Assembly: GCA_023667315.1 (NCBI GenBank)
Contig: JAMPAI010000001.1
Coordinates: 72,914-136,913, forward strand
Direction of reading: 5' to 3'
DNA from: Ruminococcus flavefaciens
GTDB lineage: Bacteria > Bacteroidota > Bacteroidia > Bacteroidales > P3
Length of the DNA: 64,000 bases
Part shown: in pieces, positions 53,096-61,822 of the stretch
Position numbering within the stretch: the first letter of the stretch is position 1
Layout of the letters: each line of letters starts with the position of its first letter
The notes under the pieces: generated by a model
What the model was told of the DNA's origin: nothing
Databases searched by the model: none
Seen by the model: only the letters and a program-made list of their open reading frames with translations
Position numbers and translations under genes: made by a program

Positions 53096-55375
53096 ATGAA
53101 GCAAAGGTATCAACTGTTACTTTTTATTCTCTTGTTGCCCATGTCGGCTTTCTCGCAAGGGCGGGTGAGCGGCGTGGTGACCGATGCGGGCGGGTTGCCG
53201 TTGGAGGGCGTGACGGCTGTTTTCGCGGGCAGGGATACGGTGGCCCTCATCACGGGAAAGGACGGGCGTTTTTCGCAGGAACTTTCAGGAGGGAATTATC
53301 AACTGCATCTGCGGCACCTGGGCTATGAAGAACAAGCCGTTTCCGTTCACAACACGGGCGACACGAACTTGGGTTCCATCGTTTTGCAACGAAAGGCGTA
53401 CGACTTGAAAAGCGTTACCGTGCAGGGCAAGTTTATCCAAAAGAGAGGTTCGGGCTACACGATGCACATGCGCGGGAATCCGATCGCGGAGGGAAAGAGC
53501 CTGGGCGAACTCCTTACCAAGGAGATGCCGAACGTGTCGCCCGACCTGCGCATCGAGGGGAATGAAGCCGTTTCGGTGGTCTATGTGAACGGGCGCAAGC
53601 TGAACATGCCCAAGGAACAGCTTTTCCGTTACCTGCAGAGCCTGCCGGCCGAGTCGGTGGAAAAAATCAAGGTCCAGGCGGGGAATACCGTCAGGGGCGG
53701 GGGAAGCCAGCAGGGCGGCGCCATCTATATCTCGACCCGGATAGGCGACAGCAGCCTGTTTTTCGGCACGGTGAACGCCTCGTTGTCGGTGGGTGCGGAA
53801 TATGTGGGCCTGGAGCCCGACGCCACCTTCTCACTGGGGTATTCGGGCAAAAAGGTTTCGGTGAACACCTCGCTGATGGCCACCGGCGCGTGGGACAAGG
53901 CCAACGAACAGACCCTGTCCACTGCGGCGGGGAAATGGGAAGAACTTACGAAGACCACCGGTTTCTCGAATCTCGATGTAATGTGGGACAACAGCGTCGT
54001 GTATGAAATCACAGACCGACAGCAGATAGGCCTCGGCTTCAACCTTTGGTACATGCCGTTCTGGAACGAAAGGATGCAGACGTCGTCCGCCGACGGGCTT
54101 TTCCTGCAGGAACACAAGACGCACACGCACGAGGAAGACGTTTTCGTGAGCTACGAGCTTACGTTCGGAAAGAAAGGGAACCGCTTCCAGGTGGTCGCGG
54201 ACTTTCTGAACAATCAGGACGGATACGCGGAAAAATCATTGCCGTCGGGCGAGAGAACCTCGGGGCAGACAACGGGGCGGCAGGTGTTTTCGGGCAAGGC
54301 GGAATTCGGCATTCCGCTCGGGGAGGTCTGTGAGTTGACGGTGGGGGCGGACTACCTTTATCTTAACGGCCGGCAGACCTATCAGGGGCTTGTAAGGAAT
54401 CCTCCGTTCAACTACAAGGAATCGACGGCGGGAGCCTATGTGGAGTTTTTCGGGGAGTTCTGGGACTGCCTGGACATAACCGCCGGATTCCGCTACGAGT
54501 GGGCGATGTTCAGGGCGCTTTCCGACAATGCGGACTATAGGCGCAAGGACGGTTTCCACGACTATTTCCCCACCCTCGACATAGGGTATAACTTCCCCAA
54601 ACAAGGCTTCAGCCTCAACGGGGGTTACCTCCGCAGCGTGTCCCGCCCCGCGATGAACAACTACACGCCCTTTGTCTATACGGAAGGCGAGCATGTCTTC
54701 TATACGGGAGGCGGGGTCGCCCCCGAGTATCAGAACAAGGTCTATCTAACGCAGATGCTCGGAAACTCCCATTCGGTGGGGCTTTCCTATGTATGGGGCA
54801 ACAATTCTCCTTCGGCGTTCTACCGTTGGGAGGGCGAGGATCTCATCACGACATTTTCCGAGATCAAGCACCGGCGGACGGCCACGCTATGGGGCAAGAC
54901 CGCCCTCTGGGTGGTGAAGGATTGGCTGCGTTTCGGCTTTTACGGAGAGGTGTTCCATCGCTTCTGCCAGGACGATGCGCACGGAAAGTCGGCCATGTGG
55001 GGCTTTGAGGGAAGCGCCGCATTGGGTCTGTATCTTCCCAAGAAGTGGAAGATAGAGGTGAATGCCCTGTACAACACGCCGCAGAGGGACTTGTTTTACC
55101 GGATGTCCCACCTTTATTTCTTGGGCGCGGCGGTGCAGAAGGATTTCGGGAAACGGTGCCGGCTGCGGGTTTCGGTTCCCTACATTCTCCTGAACCGGAA
55201 ATCGGAAAAGGTTTCGTTGATCGAGGGGGTGGACTATAGGGCCTTGACGACAAGGTGGTTCAGGCGCGTGGACATTTCGTTCGTCTATAATTTCGGCAGT
55301 GCGCTCGCCCGCAACCGAAGCAGACAGACCTACGGCGTGGACGCGGTCAAAGAGCGTGCCACCACGGAAAAATAG
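53096..55375 (+). CDS. outer membrane beta-barrel protein with an N-terminal carboxypeptidase-regulatory-like domain (TonB-dependent-receptor-like)
   Basis: 759 aa. Signal peptide, GRVSGVVTDAGGLPLEGVTAV (CarbopepD_reg-like), long beta-rich body, and a C-terminal aromatic-rich strand region. Confidence 0.78.
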   Translation: MKQRYQLLLFILLLPMSAFSQGRVSGVVTDAGGLPLEGVTAVFAGRDTVALITGKDGRFSQELSGGNYQLHLRHLGYEEQAVSVHNTGDTNLGSIVLQRKAYDLKSVTVQGKFIQKRGSGYTMHMRGNPIAEGKSLGELLTKEMPNVSPDLRIEGNEAVSVVYVNGRKLNMPKEQLFRYLQSLPAESVEKIKVQAGNTVRGGGSQQGGAIYISTRIGDSSLFFGTVNASLSVGAEYVGLEPDATFSLGYSGKKVSVNTSLMATGAWDKANEQTLSTAAGKWEELTKTTGFSNLDVMWDNSVVYEITDRQQIGLGFNLWYMPFWNERMQTSSADGLFLQEHKTHTHEEDVFVSYELTFGKKGNRFQVVADFLNNQDGYAEKSLPSGERTSGQTTGRQVFSGKAEFGIPLGEVCELTVGADYLYLNGRQTYQGLVRNPPFNYKESTAGAYVEFFGEFWDCLDITAGFRYEWAMFRALSDNADYRRKDGFHDYFPTLDIGYNFPKQGFSLNGGYLRSVSRPAMNNYTPFVYTEGEHVFYTGGGVAPEYQNKVYLTQMLGNSHSVGLSYVWGNNSPSAFYRWEGEDLITTFSEIKHRRTATLWGKTALWVVKDWLRFGFYGEVFHRFCQDDAHGKSAMWGFEGSAALGLYLPKKWKIEVNALYNTPQRDLFYRMSHLYFLGAAVQKDFGKRCRLRVSVPYILLNRKSEKVSLIEGVDYRALTTRWFRRVDISFVYNFGSALARNRSRQTYGVDAVKERATTEK

Positions 55376-55380
55376 ACCGG

Positions 55381-55399
55381 TTTTCAAAAACGTGTAACC
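55381..55399 (+). repeat. solo copy of the 34-bp-array core motif
   Basis: ttttcaaaaacgtgtaacc versus tttctcaaaaacgtgtaaaa. Confidence 0.7.
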
Positions 55400-55422
55400 T
55401 ACCATCGGTCACCGAAAATTAT

Positions 55423-55478
55423 TCGATTCGCATAATTCGTTTCACATAATTCGATTTGCATAATTCGATTTGCATAAT
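55423..55478 (+). repeat. four tandem 14-bp repeats overlapping the ATPase promoter
   Basis: ttcgattcgcataa, ttcgtttcacataa, ttcgatttgcataa, ttcgatttgcataa. Confidence 0.88.
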
Positions 55479-55486
55479 TATTTTTG
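55479..55486 (+). promoter_or_regulatory. -7 box TAttTTTG upstream of the 55502 ATPase gene
   Basis: TATTTTTG, 15 nt upstream of the ATG. A TTTG inside the repeat lies about 20 nt further upstream (-33 position). Confidence 0.5.
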
Positions 55487-55501
55487 CCGAAAAATCATCC
55501 G

Positions 55502-56656
55502 ATGGAAAAGGTAGGCAATCCGTTTATTGTGGCGGGAAAAATAGAACCGGAATACTTCTGCGACCGGATAACGGAATCCGCGCGTCTGATAAAATCCATT
55601 ACCAACGGCAACAATATGGTGGTTATTTCGCCGCGCCGTATGGGCAAGACAGGATTGATCCGCTTTTGCTACGACAAGCCCGAAATCGCCAAGGGATATT
55701 ACACGTTCTTTATCGACATTCTCCATACCTCGAGTCTGCGGGAGTTCACCTATCTGCTCGGGCGGGAGATCTACGAAACGCTCCGGCCCCGAAGCCGCAA
55801 GATGGCAGACCTGTTTATCAGAACCCTTAAGTCGCTTAGCGGACAGTTCGGGTTCGACCCCTTTTCGGGTACGCCCACGTTCAATGTGGAGTTGGGCGAT
55901 ATCGAACGTCCGGAATATACGCTGGAAGAAATTTTCCGCTACCTTGCCGCGGCGGATAAACCGTGTATCGTGGCGATCGACGAGTTTCAGCAGATTGCCA
56001 AATATCCGGAAAAGAATATCGAGGCCTTGCTGCGCACGCATATCCAGAATTTGAGCAATTGCCATTTTATCTTTGCAGGAAGCGAACGGCACATGATGCA
56101 GGAGATGTTTACCTCCGCCGCCCGCCCGTTCTATAACAGTGCGGATATGCTGGAGCTGCGGGCCATCGTGCCGGAAATCTACATTCCGTTTATCGTGGGT
56201 CATTTCAAGAAACGCAAGCGGAAAATAGCGGAAGAGAACGTGGAGAAGGTCTATGACCTCTTCAAGGGGCATACCTACTACATCCAGAAGACGTTCAACG
56301 AAGCCTTCGCGGATACGCCCCAAGGTGGGGAATGCACGCTTGAGATTATCCAATCGGCCATCGACAGCATGCTGGCGGCGAACGACACCGTTTTCCGCGA
56401 GATTCTCTCGAACATCCCCGAAAAGCAGAAAGAGTTGCTCTACGCCATTGCCAAAGACGGCGAGGTGTCGCGCCTCACGTCGGCCGATTTTATCAAACGC
56501 CACCGCCTCGCGTCGGCAAGTTCCGTGCAGTCGGCCATAAAGAAACTGCTCGAAAAAGACCTCATTACCGAAATCAGCAAGGTCTTTTCCGTTACAGACA
56601 AACTGTTCGCCATGTGGATGGCCCGCCTGTACGGAAACCCCAGGGGCTTATTGTAG
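55502..56656 (+). CDS. P-loop NTPase of the Arch_ATPase (PF01637-like) type with a C-terminal DUF234/wHTH-like region
   Basis: ORF 55484-56656 (TTG) trimmed to the ATG at 55502 (MEKVGNPFIVAGK...). Walker A SPRRMGKTGL and Walker B IVAIDEFQ. Confidence 0.82.
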   Translation: MEKVGNPFIVAGKIEPEYFCDRITESARLIKSITNGNNMVVISPRRMGKTGLIRFCYDKPEIAKGYYTFFIDILHTSSLREFTYLLGREIYETLRPRSRKMADLFIRTLKSLSGQFGFDPFSGTPTFNVELGDIERPEYTLEEIFRYLAAADKPCIVAIDEFQQIAKYPEKNIEALLRTHIQNLSNCHFIFAGSERHMMQEMFTSAARPFYNSADMLELRAIVPEIYIPFIVGHFKKRKRKIAEENVEKVYDLFKGHTYYIQKTFNEAFADTPQGGECTLEIIQSAIDSMLAANDTVFREILSNIPEKQKELLYAIAKDGEVSRLTSADFIKRHRLASASSVQSAIKKLLEKDLITEISKVFSVTDKLFAMWMARLYGNPRGLL

Positions 56657-56726
56657 CGGAAAATACGATATATCTCCCGTTTCCAAACTCAGGTATGGAA
56701 TAAATTTCACTTATAAATAAAAATTA

Positions 56727-56734
56727 TATCTTTG
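56727..56734 (+). promoter_or_regulatory. -7 box TAtcTTTG upstream of the toxin-like gene
   Basis: aaattaTATCTTTGcaagac, 20 nt upstream of the ATG at 56755. Confidence 0.55.
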
Positions 56735-56754
56735 CAAGACTAAAAGCAAATACT

Positions 56755-57225
56755 ATGAGTGAAGCAGAATTGAAGTTGGTGAAAGAGGCCAAGAATTGTA
56801 CGCTGTACACGATACAATTTTTGGCGGCAGATAATAGCGAGTTTGAGCGGTTTTACACCAAATTCAAGGATGATGTAGAGCTGAGTCCCGATTTGATGCG
56901 TATTGTTGATTTTCTTGGGCGTATAGCTGATTTCGGGGCGTTGGAACGTTTTTTCCGTCCTGAAGGCAAGATGAGTGATAATGTCTGTGCGCTTCCTGTC
57001 GTTCAATCCAAGTTGCGTCTTTATTGTCTGCGTTTGTCGGATAAGATATTGATATTGGGTAATGGGGGCGTTAAGAAAACGAAGACGTACAATGAAGATG
57101 ATGAATTGCGGGGGTACGTCTTAACTTTGCAGAAATTTGACCGATTGATAAAACAAGGTCAGAAAGAAGGTTCAATAGTAGTGTCGGAAAACAGAATAGA
57201 AACTGATAAATCTTTTCCGTTATGA
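56755..57225 (+). CDS. RelE/HigB (Gp49/DUF891)-like putative toxin with an N-terminal extension
   Basis: 156 aa. SKLRLYCLRLSDKILILGNGGVKKTKTYNEDDEL resembles the RelE-fold core (..RI.Y....IILL.GF.KK...). ATGA overlap with the downstream HTH gene. Confidence 0.55.
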   Translation: MSEAELKLVKEAKNCTLYTIQFLAADNSEFERFYTKFKDDVELSPDLMRIVDFLGRIADFGALERFFRPEGKMSDNVCALPVVQSKLRLYCLRLSDKILILGNGGVKKTKTYNEDDELRGYVLTLQKFDRLIKQGQKEGSIVVSENRIETDKSFPL

Positions 57226-57491
57226 AATCCATAAAAATGTCTTTTGACAAGATGATTGCGGCGGTTCCTGACGATATAAGACAGGAAGTGGAATTGGAAT
57301 TTGCCATTTCCAACCGTATATGTGCGCTTATGGAGAAACAAGGTTTGTCTAAAATAGCGTTTGCCAAAGCTTTGGACAAAAAGCCGAGCGAAGTAACCAA
57401 ATGGTTGAGCGGGCAGCATAATTTTACGCTGCGAACCATTTCGCTGATATCATCCTTTTTTGGTGAACCCCTTATTCAAGTGAAATACTGA
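57222..57491 (+). CDS. XRE-family helix-turn-helix protein (HigA-like putative antitoxin)
   Basis: 89 aa. QGLSKIAFAKALDKKPSEVTKWLSGQHNFTLRTISLI is a canonical HTH_3. Confidence 0.8.
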   Translation: MKSIKMSFDKMIAAVPDDIRQEVELEFAISNRICALMEKQGLSKIAFAKALDKKPSEVTKWLSGQHNFTLRTISLISSFFGEPLIQVKY

Positions 57492-57492
57492 T

Positions 57493-59310
57493 ATGAAAAA
57501 GACCCTCCATACATTGACGCTTTTCCTGATGTTTGCCTTGGTTTTACCCGCGCAGACAGGCAAGAACAGGAAAGCCGAGCCGGAAGCCGAGGAGCTTCCG
57601 CGCAACCACGTCTCGTTGGTCGAGAACAAGATGGGCACCCTCTTGCAGATGATACGCTACGCCTATGTGGAAGACGTGGATATGTCGCCCATTGTGGAGA
57701 AAGGCATCGTGAACATCCTCGAGCAGCTCGACCCTCATTCGGCCTATATCGCCGCCAAAGACCTGAAGCGCACCAACGAACCTCTGGTGGGCAATTTCGA
57801 CGGCATCGGCGTCTCGTTTCAGATCTTTGAAGACAGCGTGATGGTGGTCGACGTCATTTCGGGCGGTCCCGCGCAGAAGGTGGGTGTGCTGCCCGGCGAC
57901 CGCATCGTGCGCATCGACACCCTCGACGCCACCGGCAAGAACGCCAACACCAACTTCGTGTTCACCCACCTGCGCGGCAAGAAAGGCACGCGGGTCGAGG
58001 TGGGCATCCGCCGCAAGGGAGATCCCGAAACCATGGTGTTCGAGATCGAACGCGACAAGATTCCCCTGCACAGCGTGGACACCTATTTTATGATCGACAA
58101 GCGCAACGGCTACATTCAGCTAGACCGCTTCTCCCGCACCAGCGCCGAAGAAGTGGCCGCCGCCCTGGCCGACCTCAAGAAGCAGGGCATGAAGAACCTG
58201 ATCCTGGATTTGCGCGGCAACACGGGCGGTTACTTGGATATCGCCGTCTCGTTGGCCGACCAGTTCCTGCCCAAAGACCGCCTGGTGGTGTATATGCAGG
58301 GCAAGGCGCAGGAACGCGAGGAATTCCGCACCACCGGCAAGGGCCAGTTTATCGAAGGCCGCATGGTGGTGATGATAGACGAGAACTCGGCCTCGGCCAG
58401 CGAGATTCTGGCCGGCGCGCTGCAAGACTGGGACCGGGTCATCGTAGTGGGCCGCCGTTCGTTCGGCAAGGGCCTGGTGCAACGCCCCTTCAACCTGCCC
58501 GACCACTCCAACGTGCGCCTTACCATAGCCCGCTACTACACTCCTTCGGGGCGCTGCATACAGAAGCCCTATAAAGACGGTATGGAAGCCTACTACAAAG
58601 ACATCATGAACCGCTACCGCCACGGCGAGATGGTGCATCCCGACTCGGTAAAGATGCCCGACTCCCTGCGTTACTACACGGCGGGCAACCGCCTGGTGTA
58701 CGGGGGCGGCGGCATCATGCCCGACGTGTTCGTGCCGGCCGACACCACGCGCGCCAGCGACTACTATGTGGCCCTGCGCAGCAAGAACCTGCTGAACCGC
58801 TACGTGCTGAGCGTGCTCGACAAGGGACGGGATGCCTACAAGGCGAGATACCCCGACTTCAAGACCTTCTACGAGAACTTCGAGGCCGACAGCGCCTTCA
58901 TGCAGGGATTTTACGGCTACGCCGCCCAAAAAGGCGTTCCGCACACCAACTTCAAGGAAGCCCAGGCAAGCCGTTTCCTGCAGGATCTGCTTAAGGAAAT
59001 GCAGGCCGACACCACGCTCAAAAAGGCGCAGACCTACACCGAATACATGCAGAACGTGCTTTGGGACGAAGCCCGCATAAACGCCTACCTGCACGAAAAG
59101 GCGCAGAAGGAAGACGAGAACCAGCGGCACTACAACGACAATTCCGACAGGTTCCTGCGCGCGCAGATCAAGGCGCTCTTTGCCAGCAACCTCTACGGAA
59201 CGCCCTATTTCTACCGCGTCACAAAGGAGGTGGACGACGCCTTCTCCACCGCCGTGCGCGTGCTCAACGACAAGGCGCTGTTCGACAAGATGGGCATCCA
59301 TGACCGATAA
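57493..59310 (+). CDS. S41-family C-terminal processing (tail-specific) peptidase
   Basis: 605 aa. Signal peptide, PDZ region (GGPAQKVGVLPGDRIVRID), and catalytic region LDLRGNTGGYL, DENSASASEI, FGKGLVQ. Confidence 0.92.
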   Translation: MKKTLHTLTLFLMFALVLPAQTGKNRKAEPEAEELPRNHVSLVENKMGTLLQMIRYAYVEDVDMSPIVEKGIVNILEQLDPHSAYIAAKDLKRTNEPLVGNFDGIGVSFQIFEDSVMVVDVISGGPAQKVGVLPGDRIVRIDTLDATGKNANTNFVFTHLRGKKGTRVEVGIRRKGDPETMVFEIERDKIPLHSVDTYFMIDKRNGYIQLDRFSRTSAEEVAAALADLKKQGMKNLILDLRGNTGGYLDIAVSLADQFLPKDRLVVYMQGKAQEREEFRTTGKGQFIEGRMVVMIDENSASASEILAGALQDWDRVIVVGRRSFGKGLVQRPFNLPDHSNVRLTIARYYTPSGRCIQKPYKDGMEAYYKDIMNRYRHGEMVHPDSVKMPDSLRYYTAGNRLVYGGGGIMPDVFVPADTTRASDYYVALRSKNLLNRYVLSVLDKGRDAYKARYPDFKTFYENFEADSAFMQGFYGYAAQKGVPHTNFKEAQASRFLQDLLKEMQADTTLKKAQTYTEYMQNVLWDEARINAYLHEKAQKEDENQRHYNDNSDRFLRAQIKALFASNLYGTPYFYRVTKEVDDAFSTAVRVLNDKALFDKMGIHDR

Positions 59311-60106
59311 CGAAAACACTTCAGGCTGGCAACAGCGCACCGAACTTCTCCTGGGTGGAGAAGCGGTAAAAAGGCTGAACCGGGCCTCCGTGCTGGTGGT
59401 GGGCTTGGGCGGCGTGGGTGCCTATGCGGCCGAGATGATCGGGCGCGCCGGGGTGGGGAACCTCACCGTGGTGGACGGCGACCGGCTTCACCCCACCAAC
59501 CTGAACCGTCAGCTGCCCGCGCTCCTGCCTTGCATGGGGCGTCTCAAGGCCGAAGTGATGGCTGAACGCCTGCGGGGCATCAACCCGGAACTGCACTTGG
59601 AAGTCATTCCCGAATACGTGAAGGACGGGCGCATGATCGAGATTCTCGAAAGCAAGCCCTACGATTATGTGGTGGATGCCATCGACACCCTCTCGCCCAA
59701 AATCTACCTGCTCTATCATTGTGTGAACCGCCGTCTGCCGGTGGTGAGCGCCATGGGCTCGGGCGGCAAGCTCGACCCCATGCAGTTCAAGATCTGCGAC
59801 ATTTCTCAGACCTACAACTGTCCCCTGTCCGACGTGCTGCGCAAGCGCCTGCACAAACTGGGCGTCTATACGGGCATCCAGGCGGTGTTCTCGCCCGAAA
59901 GCGTGCCCGCGCAGGCCGTCCGCGAGGTGGAGGGCGAGGCCAACAAGAAGTCGATGGTGGGCACCGTTTCGTATATGCCCTCGATAGCCGGCTGCCTGTG
60001 CGCCTCGGTGGTGATTCGGGAACTGTGCGGGCAGAAAGTGGTGTCCGACCTGCCTGTTCCACCCTCGGTGCGCAGGAAAATCAAGGCGCAGGAAAATGGT
60101 GAGTGA
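59300..60106 (+). CDS. tcdA: tRNA threonylcarbamoyladenosine dehydratase (ThiF/HesA family)
   Basis: ORF 59180-60106 trimmed to the ATG at 59300 (MTDNENTSGWQQRTELLLG...). VLVVGLGGVGAYAAEMIGRAGVGNLTVVDGD...NLNRQ. Confidence 0.86.
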   Translation: MTDNENTSGWQQRTELLLGGEAVKRLNRASVLVVGLGGVGAYAAEMIGRAGVGNLTVVDGDRLHPTNLNRQLPALLPCMGRLKAEVMAERLRGINPELHLEVIPEYVKDGRMIEILESKPYDYVVDAIDTLSPKIYLLYHCVNRRLPVVSAMGSGGKLDPMQFKICDISQTYNCPLSDVLRKRLHKLGVYTGIQAVFSPESVPAQAVREVEGEANKKSMVGTVSYMPSIAGCLCASVVIRELCGQKVVSDLPVPPSVRRKIKAQENGE

Positions 60107-60182
60107 CAAGATGTGTTAATAATTGAAATACAGGTTGGTATGTTCGGTTTATAAAATTTGGCGCGCCAATCGAAAAAAGATG

Positions 60183-60190
60183 TAAATTTG
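60183..60190 (+). promoter_or_regulatory. -7 box TAaaTTTG upstream of gdhA (would give a ~125-nt leader)
   Basis: agatgTAAATTTGctcc. Confidence 0.45.
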
Positions 60191-60323
60191 CTCCTGCTTT
60201 GGGCGGTGGAACGGATAGAGATACTCGTGGGGAATTTTTCCCGTGGTGGAACCGGTTCGGCCGCTTTAAGTTTTTTAAGACGACAAACAAAAAATTAACT
60301 AATAACCTAAAAACAAAGTTGCC

Positions 60324-61658
60324 ATGGACGTAAAAAAAATCTTGGCCGATCTGAAGGAAAAACATCCTGACGAACCCTTGTTCCTCCAGGCTGTGGAAGA
60401 AGTGCTCTACACTATCAAGGACTACTACGAAGCCCATCCGCAGTACGAAAAACACAAAATCATCGAACGTATGGTCGAACCCGATCGTATCTTCACTTTC
60501 CGTGTGGAATGGGTTGACGACAAGGGCGAAATCCAGATCAACACCGGCTACCGCGTTCAGTTCAACAACGCGATCGGACCTTACAAAGGCGGTCTGCGTT
60601 TCCACCCCAGCGTTAAGCTCGATACCCTCAAGTTCCTGGGCTTCGAACAGACGTTCAAGAACAGTTTGACCACCTTGCCCATGGGCGGTGGCAAGGGTGG
60701 TTCCGACTTCAACGCCAAGGGTCGTTCCGACAACGAAATCATGCGTTTCTGCCAGGCCTTCATGATGGAACTGCAGAAATATGTTGGTCCTGAAACCGAT
60801 GTTCCCGCCGGCGATATAGGCGTAGGTGGCCGCGAAATCGGTTACATGTACGGCATGTACAAGAAACTGCGTCGTGAAAACACTGGTGTATTGACCGGTA
60901 AGGGTGCCGGCTGGGGTGGCTCCATCCTCCGTCCCGAAGCTACCGGTTTCGGTGCCGTTTACTTCGTGGAACACATGCTCAAGGCCCACAATATGGACAT
61001 CAAGGGCAAGACCGTTGCCATCTCCGGCTTCGGTAACGTTGCCTGGGGTGCCGTGACCAAGGCCACCGAACTGGGCGCCAAGGTTGTCACCATCTCCGGT
61101 CCCGACGGCTATGTATATGACCCCGAAGGCTTCAACCAGGAAAAGATCGAATACATGCTCGAACTTCGTGCCAGCAACAACGACGTTGTAGCTCCTTTCG
61201 CCGACAAGTTCAAGAGCGCCAAGTTCGTTGCCGGCAAGAAACCTTGGGAAGTCAAGGTTGACATCGCCATGCCTTGCGCCACTCAGAACGAACTTCGCGA
61301 AGAAGATGCCAAGGCTTTGATTGCCAACGGTGTTACCTTGGTTGCCGAAGTTTCGAACATGGGTTGCCACGCCGATGCCGTGAACGCGTTCATCGCCAAC
61401 AAGACGATCTTCGCTCCCGGTAAGGCCGTGAACGCCGGTGGTGTTTCGGTTTCCGGTCTGGAAATGAGCCAGAACGCCGAAAAACTTTCCTGGACGGCTG
61501 CCGAAGTTGATGCCAAACTGCATCAGATCATGGCCAGCATCCACGAAAACTGCGTGAAGTACGGTAAAGACGGCAACTATATCAACTACGTGAAGGGTGC
61601 CAACGTGGCCGGCTTCATCAAGGTTGCCGACTCCATGATTGAACAAGGCGTTTGCTAG
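60324..61658 (+). CDS. gdhA: NADP-specific glutamate dehydrogenase
   Basis: 444 aa. KGGLRFHPSV, PMGGGKGGSDF, GFGNVAWG. Confidence 0.97.
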   Translation: MDVKKILADLKEKHPDEPLFLQAVEEVLYTIKDYYEAHPQYEKHKIIERMVEPDRIFTFRVEWVDDKGEIQINTGYRVQFNNAIGPYKGGLRFHPSVKLDTLKFLGFEQTFKNSLTTLPMGGGKGGSDFNAKGRSDNEIMRFCQAFMMELQKYVGPETDVPAGDIGVGGREIGYMYGMYKKLRRENTGVLTGKGAGWGGSILRPEATGFGAVYFVEHMLKAHNMDIKGKTVAISGFGNVAWGAVTKATELGAKVVTISGPDGYVYDPEGFNQEKIEYMLELRASNNDVVAPFADKFKSAKFVAGKKPWEVKVDIAMPCATQNELREEDAKALIANGVTLVAEVSNMGCHADAVNAFIANKTIFAPGKAVNAGGVSVSGLEMSQNAEKLSWTAAEVDAKLHQIMASIHENCVKYGKDGNYINYVKGANVAGFIKVADSMIEQGVC

Positions 61659-61690
61659 TTGAATCATTCAGGGGCATTGCCCCGATAGCG

Positions 61691-61721
61691 AAAAGGACGG
61701 GCGCAAGGCCGTCCTTTTTTT
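61691..61721 (+). terminator. rho-independent terminator after gdhA
   Basis: aaaaggacgg-gcgcaagg-ccgtcctttt followed by ttt. Confidence 0.8.
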
Positions 61722-61767
61722 GTTTGGAATACTTCTTGCTGTCAGGTAGGAATATGTAGTGTGGATA

Positions 61768-61804
61768 TAAAAAAGCTCTGCCGTGACATGGCAGAGCTTT
61801 TTTC
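61768..61804. terminator. bidirectional terminator downstream of the lipocalin-like gene
   Basis: aaaaaagctctgcc-gtgacat-ggcagagctttttt. Confidence 0.75.
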
Positions 61805-61822
61805 AGAAATTGCAAGGTTACG

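Noticed and set aside
60163-60174. 12-bp GC palindrome ttggcgcgccaa downstream of tcdA as a terminator.
   Set aside because: As a hairpin it would have zero loop, and there is no U-tract. It is probably just a chance palindrome or a restriction-type site.
60107-60323. Riboswitch or attenuator in the long region upstream of gdhA.
   Set aside because: I could find only short, weak pairings and a repeated ggtggaac(c)gg word. Nothing matches a riboswitch class I can recognise by eye.
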